From: an uncultured Acidobacteriota bacterium
GTDB taxonomy: Bacteria > Acidobacteriota > Vicinamibacteria > Fen-336
Reading direction: 5' to 3'
Assembly: GCA_963724555.1 (NCBI GenBank)
Contig: CAVRVE010000002.1
Coordinates: 4,879-68,878 of the forward strand
Length of the DNA: 64,000 nt
The translations under genes were made by a program, and so were the position numbers. The notes beneath the pieces are model-generated. The model saw only the letters and a list, made by a program, of their open reading frames with translations. It was not told the origin of the DNA and searched no databases. Shown piece after piece: positions 51,658 to 62,993 of the stretch (the first letter of the stretch is position 1; every line of letters begins with the position of its first letter).

Positions 51658-53666
51658 TCAGGACCTCTTCTTCAGCAGCTTGAGGAACTCCTCCGTTCTG
51701 TAGGTCTCGGTTTCGAGGAAGACCTGCAGCAGCGTCTGGTCCACCTTGCCGTGGTGGGCCTCGTCCCAGAGGATGTCCTTCGCCTCGTCCACGGAGACAG
51801 CCTTCTTGTAGGGGCGGTCGGTGGCGACGAGGGCGTCGAAGATGTCGGAGATCGTCATCATCTGCGACTGGCGCGGGATCTCGGCGCCCTTGAGCTTGCG
51901 CGGGTAGCCCGTCCCGTTGAGCTTCTCGTGATGGGCATAGGCGATCTCGGGCACACAGCGTAGATCGCCGGTCCACGGCAACGTCTTCAGGAACTCGTAG
52001 GTCTGGCTGACGTGGTTCTCGATCTTCTTGCGCTCGCCGGCCGACAGGCTGCCCTTGCGGATCGACAGCAGCTCGACTTCCTTGGCGCTCAGCCAGGGCT
52101 CGCTGGCCCAGTCTTCGACCGGAAACTTGTCCTGGTCTTCGACCTCGGGATCTCGCTCCAGCATGGGGAAGAGACGCGTCGGAAGACCGGCGAGCGCGGG
52201 CCCGCTCCTCCTCCACCACGGTCGGCTCGTTCGCCTTCGCGACCAATGCGCGGACACGCTGCGCCTCGCCCATTCGAACCGTGTAACGCGCTTCGATCGC
52301 CGCGAGCGCGTCGGGCGAGGCGTTGCCGGACTCGAACGCGGCGAGCCGCTCACGCAGGTAGTCGGCCTCGATCGACTTCAGGATGTACGCGAAACGCTGC
52401 CGGAGCGCGATCAGCTGCCCTGCGTAGAGCTTGCGCTCCTTGCGCAGGTAGCGCTCCTGCACGGCTACCTTGCCGAAGTCGTGCAGCAGCGAGGCGTAGC
52501 GCACCTCGTCGACCTGTTGCTTCGTGTAGTGCTCGCCAGCGAGCGGGCCAACCTGGATCTGGTCGACTTTCTCCATCAGGCCGACGGTCAAGAGCGCAAC
52601 CCGCTTGGAGTGGCCGGACGTGGTCGGGTCGCGCTGCTCGACAGCGACCACCGCCGCCTCGACAAAATTGTCGAACAGCTCGCGGATCTGCTTCAGCAGG
52701 GAGGTGTTCTCGAAGGCGACCGCCGCCTGGCTGGTGAGCGACTCGACGAGGTCCTCGTCTACCGACGTGAACGGAATCACCTGCTCTTCGACCAGCGCCG
52801 TCGGCCAGAGCACCGCGTCGCGGTCGCGCTTCTTGTTGATCAGCTGGACGACGCCGATCACAGTGTCGTGGTGGTCGCGCATCGGGATCACCAGCATCGA
52901 CTTCGTGCGGTATCCCGACACCTCGTCGAAGGAGCGGCTGATGGTGAAGGACGTCCCCGCGGGCGGATGATAGGCGTCCGCGAGGTTCTGCTTCTGTCCG
53001 GTCACCGCCACGTAGCCGGCGATCGAGCTCTTGTCGAGCGGCATCGGCTTCTCTTCGAACGGCAGCGGCATGGTGTCGTTCTGCGCGAGCTTGAAGCGCA
53101 GTGGTCGACGCCGTCCGTCGCCGTTGCCGGTGGCGCGCTCGACCAGGTACAGGCTGCCGGCGTCGGCGCCCGTGATCTCGCGGCTCTTCTGCAGGATCAG
53201 GCCGAGCAGCGTGTCGATGTCGCGCTCGGCCGAGAGCTGCATGCCGATCTTGTTGAGGACGCTGAGCTCGGAGCCCCTGCGCTCGTAGGCTTCGCCGGAG
53301 CTGGTGCACCGCGCTGCGCGCGTTCATCGGTCGAAGGCGCGCTCGAGCGTCAGCCGCAGGCGCGCCGGCGACACCGGCCGCGCGATCACGTCGTGCAGGA
53401 ACGGGAAGCGCTGCAACAGCTGCGTCGCTCGTCCCCGGTCTCGGCCACCCCGATCAGCAGGACGCGCTTCGAGGCCGTTGCGCAGCCACGGTTCGACTGC
53501 CGCGCATTCGGCCGCGAGCTGCTCGCGGGCCCGCGAGCACGAGCGCCGTGCCGCGGCCGTCGACCGCCTTCTCCAGGCCCGCGAAGGAGCGCACTTCCTC
53601 GGCGCCTGCGTGCGCCGTTCCCGCCAGCAACGATCTCGGATCGCCCCAAATGATGAGATGCGCCAT
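51658..53666 (-). pseudogene. receiver-like domain - GAF - HD-GYP (c-di-GMP phosphodiesterase-type) protein, frame-disrupted (at least 4 shifts)
   Basis: ATG 53666 (MAHLIIWGDP...), with a receiver-like region spread over 2-3 frames. GAF in ORF 50789..53242 (DIDTLLGLILQKSREITGADAGSLYLVE ... MLVIPMRDHHDTVIGVVQLINKK). HD motifs GHSKRVA and LLHDFGK. GYP motif AYAHHEKLNGTGYP in ORF 51658..52353. Confidence 0.75.
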
Positions 53667-53723
53667 GGGCCTGTTGGAGGGAGCGTAAGCGTAGCACAAC
53701 CGTCTCGGCGGGGAACTCCCTCG

Positions 53724-54372
53724 TCAGGCCAGCAGCACGAGCTCTCGAGGGCTATCCAGGAAACGGTCCGGTGCGGCCGCCCGTAATCCCTTCACGTCGA
53801 AGCCCCAGGCGACGCCCGCGGCGCGCACGCCCGCGGCGCGGGCCGTCTCCACGTCGGTCGGCGAGTCGCCGACGAGCCAGACCTCCTCGGTCGCGGCACC
53901 GAGCTCGGCCGAGGAGCGCGCGGAGGCCCGCCGGGTCGGGCTTGCGCGCGGGCACGTCGCCCGCGCCCCAGATGCGCGCGAAGCGGGAGCCGACCCCGAG
54001 GCCGTTCAGGATCGTGCGGCTCAGGTCGCCCGGCTTGTTGGTGAGCACGGCGAGCGGACGGCCACTCGCCGCCAGCTCGGCGAGCGCCTCGGAGACGCCG
54101 GGGTAGAGCCGCGTGGTGTCGAGCAGCCGCTCGCGATAGGCCTCGAGATAGAGCGGCAGCACCCTGTCGGGGCGCAGCGACGAGCCCCGGTGCTGCAGCA
54201 CGCGCTCGATCAGGAGGCGCGCGCCGTCGCCCACGAACCCGACCACGCGCTCGAGCGGCAACGGCGCCGTTCCCGGCTCGAGCGCCGCGAGCGCGGCGTT
54301 CACGGCCGCGGCGATGTCGCGGGCGGAGTCGACGAGCGTGCCGTCGAGGTCGAAGACGACGAGCCGCGCCAC
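53724..54372 (-). pseudogene. gph: HAD-family phosphoglycolate phosphatase-like hydrolase, one apparent frameshift near 53905
   Basis: ORF 53752..54372: VVFDLDGTLVDS, LAVLTNKP and ARKPDP. The C-terminus (VWLVGDSPTDVETARAAGVRAAGVAWGF...) is in another frame, ending 53724-53726. Confidence 0.75.
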
Positions 54373-54373
54373 G

Positions 54374-56561
54374 CTAGCCGGGCCCCACGTAGCCGAGCGC
54401 GCGCAGCCGCTCGCGCGTCGCCGCGTCGAGCTCGCCGATCGAGCGGCCCGGCGGCAGCGCCAGCCACAGCCGCAGCGGCGCCGTGCCCTTCGCGGGTGCG
54501 CCGAAGAGGCGCAGGCCGCGGTCGTGGTCGGTCTCGGACTCGACGTCCGGCAGCCGGTAGGGCAGCTCCTCCGGGTGCTGGCCGCCCTCGCCGATCCCCA
54601 CGTCCGCGGGCCGCAGCGGCCTGCCGTCGCGCAGGCCCGACAGCGTCACCGGCGCCCCGATCGGCCGCACCGTGAAGCTGATCTCGCGCGGCGCTCCCTC
54701 GCGCGGCTGCAGCACCAGGTCGATCGAGCGCCCGTTGCCGCCCACCACGGAGCGCTCCTGCGGCCCGAGGCCGGAGGTCTCGACGGCCTCGAGCCAGCCG
54801 TGGGTCTCGAGCCGGAGCGCGAGCCTGCCGCCGCCGCGCGCCTGCAGCACGTAGCGGAACGGGTTCTGCGCCATGCCCGCCTCGACCTGCGCCTTGCGCA
54901 GCCGCACCCGCTCGGGGTTCGCCTCGGCGATGCTGGTCTTCTCGCCGGGGTCCTTGCGCAGGTCGAAGAGCAGCTCGTCGTCGTCGGGGCTGAAGCGCCT
55001 GACGAACTTCTCCTCCTCGGTGCGCACGCCGTGGGCCACGAAGCCGCGGTGGCTGATCTCCGCGAGCGCCGGCCGCGCCGGCTCGCCGTTCTCGAGCGCG
55101 CGCTGCAGCGGGCGGCCGACGAGGTCGGGAGGCAGCGGAGCGCCCATCGCCTCGAGCAGCGTGGGCATCACGTCGACGCCCTGCACCTGGCGCTCGATGC
55201 GCGCGCCGCGGCCGCGGCCGCCCGGCAGCTTCAGCACCAGCGGGATGCGGATCAGCTCGTCGAACAGGCTGCGGCCGTGGAGCCAGCGCCCGTGGTCGAG
55301 GAACTCCTCGCCGTGGTCGGCCATGAACAGCACGAGCGCGTCGTCGTAGAGGCCGAGCGCCTTCAGCTCGCGCACGAAGCGGCCGAACTCGCGATCGCCG
55401 AAGGCGACGTCGCCGTCGTACTGCGCCACCATCCGCTCGAGGTCGAGCGGCTCCTTGTAGTCGCTGCGCGGATCGCGCGCCGGATGCGTCCGCGCTCGCG
55501 TGCGGCTCGAACATGCGGTCGAAGGGCGCGGGCGGCGCGTAGGGGACGTGCGGGTCCATCGTGTGCACGTAGAGAAAGGTCGGCAGCCCGCGCCGCGAGC
55601 GCAGGAACGCGAGCGCCGTGTCCACCACCACGTCGGCGCCCACCAGCTTGCTGCGCGTGTCGTCGTCGCCGTGCAGGCCGGCGAAGAAGTCGAAGCCGCG
55701 GTCGAAGGCCGACTCCTCGCCGTAGATCACCGAGTTGGCGATCGCCGCGCCGGTCGCGAAGCCGCGCGCGTCGAGGCGGCCGGCGATCGTCACCTGCGAG
55801 GGATCGAGCGGGTCGCGCAGCTGCACCGCGCGGTGCTGGCCGGGCAGGTGCGAGGTGAGGATCGACGCGACCGACGGCTTGGTCCACGACGCGTGCGCGA
55901 CCGCCGCCTCGAACACGATCGCGTCCTTCGCGAAAGCGTCGAGCTCCGGCGTGGTGTTGCGCTTGTAGCCGTACACGCCGGTGTGGTCGGCGCGCAGCGT
56001 GTCCACCAGGTACAGGATCGCGAGCGGCGCCCGCTGCGCCGCCGTGATGGCCGGCGTGCCCCAGAAGGCCTGGCCGGGCTCGCCGGTCTCCTCGTACCCG
56101 CGCGTCTCGAGCACGAGCTCGCGCCCCTTGCCGGCGTAGCGGCCGAGGTCGACGTCGACGGGCACGAAGCCGCGGTGCTCGTCGTGCGCGATCGGGTCGA
56201 CGAGCAGCGAGAAGGCGACCTCCTCGCGCTTGTCCCGGCGCACCTTCACCACGAACTCGACGCCGGGACGCTGGTGGTAGCGCGGGTCGATCGCCACGAG
56301 CGCCTGGAAGCGGCCGTCCTTGGGGACGTCGACCTTGAAGCGCAGCCGGCCGGGCGGTCCCGCGGGGAAGCCGCGCACGAGGACGTCGTTGAGGCGCAGG
56401 CCCGCAGCACCCCTCTCGAGCACGGCCTCGCGCTCGAGAGAGGCGGCCCGCGCCTCGACGAGCGCGGCCCTGGCCTCGAGCAGGTCGGTGGGCGGCGCGG
56501 TGCCGCAGCCGCCGAGCACGAGCGTGGCCGCCGCGGCCAAGAGAAGCGTCTTGCGCATCAC
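54374..56561 (-). pseudogene. lipoprotein, sulfatase/alkaline-phosphatase-superfamily hydrolase with extra N- and C-terminal domains; one apparent frameshift near 55480
   Basis: ORF 54300..56561 N-terminus (MMRKTLLLAAAATLVLGGCG lipobox; ILYLVDTLRADH; WTKPSVASILT; LYVHTMDPHVPY). ORF 54374..55432 (YDGDVAFGDREFG, LFMADHGEEFLDHG, IRIPLVLKLPG). No canonical C/S-x-P-x-R motif seen. Confidence 0.7.
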
Positions 56562-56634
56562 GGTGAAGAGGGCACGCTAGCATGCCGCCCGCGACGCGGC
56601 AAAACGCGCGAGGGCCGCAACGAGCGCTCGTGCT

Positions 56635-58010
56635 ATGGTCGCCGCGATGCTCGAATCGTGGAGAGCGCGGCTCGTCTCGCTGACGCTGCTCGCGCTCGCG
56701 CTTCGCGCGCTGTGGGTGGCGTTCGAGCCCGCGACCTCGCCCCAGGCCGACGAGACGATGTGGCTCACCTGGGGCACCGAGGTGCTGCCGTCGCCCGAGG
56801 TGGCCTTCTCGCCGCGGCAGCTGCGCTTCGTCTTCCACCCGCCGGCCTACCTCTATTTCCTCGGCGTGCCGTTCGCGCTCACGGGCAGCCTCACGGCCCT
56901 GAAGTACCTGCAGTGCCTGGTCGGTGCGCTGCTCACGCCGGCGCTCGGGCTCATCGGCCGAAGCACCTTCGGTGAGCGCGCGGGGCTTCTGGCCGCGTTC
57001 CTCGCGGCGGTCTACCCCGAGCTCGTCTGGTTCGCCGCGCACTTCTGGGCCGAGACGCTCTTCACGGTGCTGCTGTGGTGGGGGATCGAGCGCCTCGTCG
57101 CGAGCGACGACCCGGGCTCGCCGCGAGCCGCGCTCGCCGCGGGTCTCCTGTGGGGCGCCGCCATCCTGACGCGCGAGACCGTCCTCTACTTCGTCCCGCT
57201 CGGCGCGCTGTGGCTCGCGTGGCGGCGTCCCGGCGGCGCTGCGGCGCGCGGGGCTTTTCGTCTGCGCCTCGCTGATCGTGGTCGTGCCGTGGACCGTGCG
57301 GAACTACCTGGTGTTCGACGCGTTCGTGCCGGTCTCGACCGCGGGCGCGCTCAACCTCTGGCAGGGGAACACGCGGCTGTCGCGCGAGCAGGTGTACGAG
57401 GAGTACTGGGCCGTTCACGGGCGGATCCCCAAGTACGAGCACGCGCGCCGCCGCGCCGTCGAAGCGATCCTCGAGCGCCAGCCGCTCTGGATCTTCGAGA
57501 AGCTGCGCTCGGAGCTGCCGGAGTTCTGGGCGGCGCACGCCCAGCCGATCGTGCACATCGAGCGCGGGGCCTACGGGCCGCTCAAGCGGCCGCTGGCACT
57601 CGCGGCCGTGGCGCGTGGTGCTCGTGCCCTACCTCGCCGTGCTCGCGCTGTTCGTGCTCGGCCTCGCGTGGCTGCCGCGGTCTCGCGGGGCGCTCCTCGT
57701 GCTGTCGTTCCTCGCGTTCTACGTGCTGATCCACGTCGCTGCCCATGCCTACCCGCGCTACCGGCTGCCGGCGATGCCCGCGGTCTTCCTGGTCGCGGCC
57801 CACGGTCTCGCCTGCTGGTCGACGCGGCCGCGGCCGGCGACGCACCGCGCGCACGCGCTCGCCGCCGCGGCGGCTGGCCTCGTGCTCGCGCTCTCGGTGG
57901 CACCGAGCCTCGTCGGCTGGTTCGCCAAGCCCTGGCCGCCGCCCTGGTTCGAAGGCATGGGAGTCGAGACGGGCGCTCCCACGAACGACGAGAGGCCCGA
58001 GGGACGATGA
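56635..58010 (+). pseudogene. polytopic GT-C-fold glycosyltransferase (ArnT/PMT, GT39/GT83-like), frame-disrupted (at least 2 shifts)
   Basis: ORF 56635..57729 N-terminus (LLALALRALWVAFEP...DETMWLTWG...YPELVWFAAHFWAETLFTVLLWW...AILTRET). ORF 57278.. (VVPWTVRNYLVFDAFVPVSTAGALNLWQGN). ORF 57615..58010 (C-terminal TM helices). Confidence 0.65.
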
Positions 58011-60055
58011 GCCCCTGGCGTGCGATCCCGCTCGCGCTCCTGCTCGCCGTGGTCGTGCGCGTGCCGTTCTGGATCGAGGCGCTCCATACGCCCGTCGACG
58101 GCGACACCGCGATCGTCGGCCTGATGGCGCGCCACCCGGGCGAGGGCACGACGCTCTGGGGCCAGCCGTACGGCTCGCCGCTCGACGCGTGGGTCGCGAT
58201 GCCCTTCGTCGCGATCTGGGGCACGAGCGTGGAGGCGCTCCGGCTGCCCTCGTTCCTGCTGTCGCTCGGCTTCGTGGTGGTCGCCTTCGCGCTCGCGCGC
58301 GAGCTGCATCCCGCGGCCGCTCTGCCCGCCGCGGTGCTGGCCGGCGTGCCCGCCGCCCTACTTCCTGCTGCTCTCCGCGCTGCCGCCGCCCTTCTACGCG
58401 ACGACGCTGCTGCTCTGCGGCCTGATCCTCTTGTGCGCCGCGCGCGCCGGGCGGCGCCTCGCGGATCCGGACGCTTCCGCCCCGCGCGGCACGCTCTTCC
58501 TGCTCGGCCTCTTCTCGGGGCTCGCGCTCTGGACGCACCTCATGTCCGCGAGTGCCGTGGCGGCGTCGGGCCTCTGGCTCGCGCTCCGCGCGCGCGGAAG
58601 GCGGCGGCTGCTGGCCTGGGCGCTCGTGCCGCTCGCGGCTGCGAGCGCGCCCCTGTGGACGCGGGCGCTCCGCGACCCCGAGGCGATGCGGATCGTGCAG
58701 GTCGAGAGCCGGAGCGAGACGACGCTGTCGCACCTGCAGGCGACGCTGCCGCGGCTGCACGAGCCGCTCGGCGGCGTCCTCGGCACGCACGTGCCGGTCG
58801 TGGCGGATGCGGAGGACTTCGTGCTCTACCACCCGGGCTGGGCGGCGGCGCTCACGGTTCTCCTCTATGGAACGCTGCTCGTCCTGGCCGGGCGCGCGGT
58901 GCGCGGCGGCCATCCGTCGGCCCTGCTCTTCCTGGCGGCCGGCCTTGCGCTCGCCGCCTTCCCGTTCCCGGTGCGCTCCGCGCCCCACACCATCCGGCTG
59001 CTGACGCCGCTCTTCCTGCCGGTGGCGGCGCTCGTTGCCTGGGCGGCGTCTGCGGGCGGCACCACGCCGCGCCGCGCGTGGGTGCTGGTGCTCGGCCTGG
59101 CGACGCTGCACCTCGCGCTCGGCACGCGACTGCTCGAGAGCTGGCGGCGCACCGACCGCGCCGATCCGCCGTTCGTGCTCGTCGACCTCGCGCCGGTGCG
59201 GCAGCTGCTCGAAGGCAGCGGCGTGCGCCACGCGTACGCGTCGTACGGGCCGGCGTTCCGCCTGACGTGGGAGAGCGGCGAGCGGATCGTGGCGTCGCCG
59301 CCCTGGAACGACCGCTTCCGCCACTGGCCGCTGCCGCTGCTCGACGAGGTGCGCTTCGCGAAGAACGTGGCGTGGGTGCTGACGCCGTCGGTGCCGTCGG
59401 GGCTGCCGCCGCCTTCCGAGTTCGAGCAGGCGCTCGAGCGGATCGGCGGGCGCTGGCGGCGCGACGAGGCCGGCGCGGCCGTGGTGTTCCACGCGTTCGT
59501 GCCGCCCTACGCGCCTGCCGTCGAGCCGTGGCCCGGCGCCGGCGCGGCGGGCGACTCCGACCTGCGCACGTTCGTCGCCCCGGCCGTGGGCACGCCGCTC
59601 GAGCTGCGGCTCGACGACGCCGCGCGCGCTCGCGGCGATCACGCTCGCGGCGGCGCTCGACGGGCCGCGGCTTCCGCGCAGCGCCGACGTGCAGGTGAGC
59701 GCCGACGGTCGGACGCTTCGAGACGGTCGCGACGCGGCGAAGGCGCGAGGAGCGCCAGGACCTGCGCTGGCTGAACGGACACCCGCAGGCGGTGATCGAC
59801 CACGACGTGATCGCGGTCCCGCTGGGCGGCCGCGAGGTCGTCGCGCTGCGGGTCATCGCACTCGAGCCCGAGCCCTGGCGCGTCGGCGAGGTGCTGCTGC
59901 ACGCCGAGCCCGGCCGCCAGGCCTGGGACGAGTGGCTGCCGCCCGGCGCGGGCTGGGAAGCGCGCCGGCGCGCGCTCGTCGAGCGGCCGCTCACGGACCG
60001 CGAGGACTGGTACTCGCGCGTGCTGCTCGCCGCGCGGCACCGCCCGCCGCCGTAG
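58007..60055 (+). pseudogene. second polytopic membrane protein (GT-C-like N-half) with a soluble C-terminal domain, frame-disrupted (at least 3 shifts)
   Basis: ATG 58007 overlaps the upstream stop (ATGA). MSPWRAIPLALLLAVVVRVPFWIEALHTPVDGDTAIVGLMA... in the ORF 57278..59698 frame. The body is in ORF 58431..59774. The C-terminus is in ORF 59792..60055 (IDHDVIAVPLGGREVVALRVIALEPEPWRVGEVLLH). Confidence 0.5.
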
Positions 60056-60906
60056 CGCCGTCGGCTGAGCGCCGCGCGAGCCTGCGTCGCAGGCGGCTGG
60101 TGTCGCTCCAGAGCTCGAGGAGGCTCGCGTCGTCGATAGGCTGGCCGGCCGCCGAGCGCGCGCGCAGCGCCGCCATCGGCTCGCCGAACAGGAGCCGTCC
60201 GAGCGGGCTCTCGAGCGGCGGCGCCGCGACCCGCTTCTCGTCCCGCCGGTCGCCCTCGCTCAGCACGCCCTTGACGGGAGCCTCGACCTTCGCCGCACGA
60301 ACGACGCGCCGCACGAAGCCTGGAACGTCGGGGCTGCCGCCGTCCCACGCCACGTAGCCGGCGAGGAACGCGGCCTCGACGCTCTTCGGGTTCGTGCGCA
60401 GCGCCGCCTCGAACGACTCGCCTGCCTCGCGCTCCCGGCCCGAGACGAGCAACACCTCGCCGAGGCGCACCACGGGGCCCGTCTCCTCGCCGTTGATCGC
60501 GTGGGCGACGCCGGAGGTGCGACCTCGGCGGCGGCGAGGTCCATCGGCTCGGCGGGATCGGGCGAGGCGAGCAGCGCGCCGAGCGCGAGGTGGCGCGCGC
60601 GCGCTCTGCGGGTTGACGATCGATGAGCCGCTCGAAGCGCGGCCGCGCCGCGGCAGGATCGGCGAGCTCGCGCCGGCACTGGCCGAGGTAGTAGAGCGCG
60701 TCCTCGTGCCGCGGGTCGAGGGCGAGCGCCTGCTCGTAGAGCGCGGCGGCGGCGGCGCAGTCCTGGCGCATCCGCGCGGCGGTCGCCGCGTGCTGCTTCT
60801 CCCAGAAGGCGCGCAGGGCCTCGCGTCGAGGCTCCTCCGCCGCGGCCGCCGCACGCGCGGGCTCCTGGCGGCAGCTCAGGACCCGCGACCGCACACGTCG
60901 CCGCAA
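59991..60906 (-). pseudogene. TPR-repeat protein, frame-disrupted; boundaries approximate
   Basis: The ORF 58852..60906 N-terminal part has a TPR-like motif (AAALYEQALALDPRHEDALYYLGQCRRELADPAAARPRFERLI). ORF 59991..60854 adds GEVLLVSGREREAGESFEAALRTNPKSVEAAFLAGYVAW. The 3' end overlaps the convergent gene, so the true stop is uncertain. Confidence 0.5.
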
Positions 60907-62993
60907 GGGCGAGCGCGGCGCGCCGCCGGTGGCCTCACCGCCGCGCCGCGCGTCAGCATCGGCTGGCCGGCCTCGCGGATTCGGACCGTCGCGCGCACCG
61001 GCAGGTCTTCGAACGCCTGGGTCCGGCCGCTCGGCCAGCGCACCTCGAGCCGGTCGACGCGCGCGGCGTCGCCCAGTGCCGAAGAAGACCTCGCCCGGCG
61101 GCTCCTGGCTCAGGTACGAGGACTGCCCGCCGACCTCGCGCAGCTGACGAGCCTGCCGCCGTCTTCAGCACCGACCCGCGCGCCGGTCGCGAAGCGTGGT
61201 GGAGCGCAGCGCGACCGCTGCCTGCCGTGCCGGCGCGCGCAGCACGACGCGCAGCCAGCCCCGCGCGTTGCCGCCGTCGTTGCGCGCCAGGCGCAGCGGG
61301 CCGCCGTGGACCACGACCGCGATGTCGAGGTCGCCGTCGCCGTCGTAGTCGGCGAAGCTCGCGCCGCGCCCGACCATCGGTGTCGACGAACGGCGCGCCC
61401 GTCTTCTGCCCCGACCTCGAAGAAGCCCTTGCTCGCCGGCGTTCCAGAACAGGAAGCTGCGCATCGGGACCAGGCGCGTCGGGTCCGCCTCCTCCTGGAA
61501 GGTGCTGCCGTTGATCGCGAAGAGGTCGAGCCGGCCGTCGTTGTCGTAGTCGAGGAAGCCCGTGCCCCAGCCGATCGACGTCGAGCGCGATCTGGCCGAG
61601 GCCGACGAGGTCGGCCTGGTCGACGAAGCGCAGCGGCGCCTCGGGCGTCGACCTTCATCGAGCGCGGTCTCGTCGACGTAGAGCGCGTTCTCCTGGGCGA
61701 GCCAGTGGGTGATGAAGATGTCGAGGTCGCCGTCGTTGTCCCAGTCGCCGACGCCGAGCCCCATCGCGCCGCGGTAGTCGGCCACCCAGGCCGAGTGGCT
61801 GACGTCCGCGGAAGCGGCCGTCGCCGAGGTTGCGGAACATCGCGTTGTCGGAGACGTCGTTCGCCACGTAGAGGTCGGGCCAGCCGTCGCCGTCGAAGTC
61901 GGCCCAGGAGGCGGAGAGCGAGCGCCCGGTGGGGTTGTCGACGCCGGCCTCGCGCGCCACCTCGTGGAAGACGGCCGCCGTCGTTGCGGAGCAGCAGGTT
62001 GCGCTCCGGCGGGTAGCTCGAGGGGTTGAGCGTGAACGGGCACGACCGACTTGAACTGCAGGCTCGTCTGGCTCGCCGTCTCCGGGTCGTAGCTGTACCG
62101 CACGTAGCCGCAGACGTAGAGGTCGAGGTCGCCGTCGCGGTCGTAGTCGGCCCACGCGGCGCCGGTCCAGAAGCCCTCGTAGGCGCCCGACGCCCGTCTG
62201 CGGCCGAGACGTCGCGTGAAGCGGCCGTCGCCCTCGTTGCGGAACAGCAGGTTCGTGCCGTAGCGCGTGACGAACGAGGTCGAGGCCGCCGTCGCCGTCG
62301 TAGTCGCCCCAGGCCGCGCCCATGCCGCGTGCCGCGCACGGCCAGGCCGGCCGCGTCGGTGACGTCGCGCGAAGCGCCGCCGCCGTCGTTGCGGAAGAGC
62401 GCCGCGCGTGCGCGGGCGAGCGCCGCGACCTCGGCCGGCGCTCAGCGTCAGCGGGCCCGGACTCGTTGACGACGAAGAGGTCGGGGTCGCCGTCGCCGTC
62501 GTAGTCGCCCCAGGCGAGGCCCGGAGCCCATGTCCTCCGGGAGCTGCGTCGAGCGCCGGCCGTGGAAGTGCGCGAAGCGCGAGGCCCGCGCTCTGCGGCC
62601 ACGTCGGTGAAGCTGACGGGGCCGGGCGGCGCTCTGACGGCGAGCCCGTCGCGCGGTCGCGCCGCCGCGGCCGCGACGGCTCCGGCGTGGCGACCTGGCC
62701 GAGGCCTCGCCGAGGGCAGCTCGCGGTCGAGCGGCGCGTGATCTCTCGCGGTCTGCGCCGCGCCCGGGCACGTAGGCCTCGGGCGCGCCGCCGAGCCAGG
62801 AAGAGCGAGCCGTCAGCGCGACGAACGCGACGGCCCCTGCCAGCAGCCAGCGCCGCGCGCGGCGGCGGTGGCCGCCGGGGTCCGGCGCCGCGGGCCAGCT
62901 CGCCGCAGCGGCGCCTCGCGCACGTCGGAGCCGCGACCGCGGCGTCGGCGCGCGGCCGGGCGCACGACGGATCCGCGCCTCGGCCCGGGCCAT
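60876..62993 (-). pseudogene. CRTAC1-family protein (FG-GAP/VCBS repeats plus ASPIC/UnbV-like C-terminus), heavily frame-disrupted (at least 8 shifts); boundaries approximate
   Basis: Repeated [136 protein letters not shown] and SFADYDGDGDLDIAVV across all three minus frames. N-terminal TM helix RRWLLAGAVAFVALTA. C-terminus ...RWPSGRTQAFEDLPVRATVRIREAGQ. Confidence 0.75.

Noticed and set aside
60876-60959. Possible fusion of the CRTAC1 C-terminus with the TPR protein, and of the cytochrome C-terminus with the CRTAC1 N-terminus near 62990, because no in-frame stops separate them in some frames.
   Set aside because: This is most likely a consequence of indels masking stops in a high-GC region. 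A signal/TM-like segment (RRWLLAGAVAFVAL; RRAALALAATC in a shifted frame) marks independent N-termini.
61320-62520. Near-identical 27-30-nt elements recurring about every 150-200 bp (for example gtcgccgtcgccgtcgtagtcgccccaggc at about 62288 and about 62487), superficially like a CRISPR or other repeat array.
   Set aside because: They are the minus-strand coding sequence of the FG-GAP/VCBS calcium-binding motif (W-G/A-D-Y/F-D-G/N/R-D-G-D) of the CRTAC1 protein. The 'spacers' are the rest of each blade. No cas genes or leader are present.
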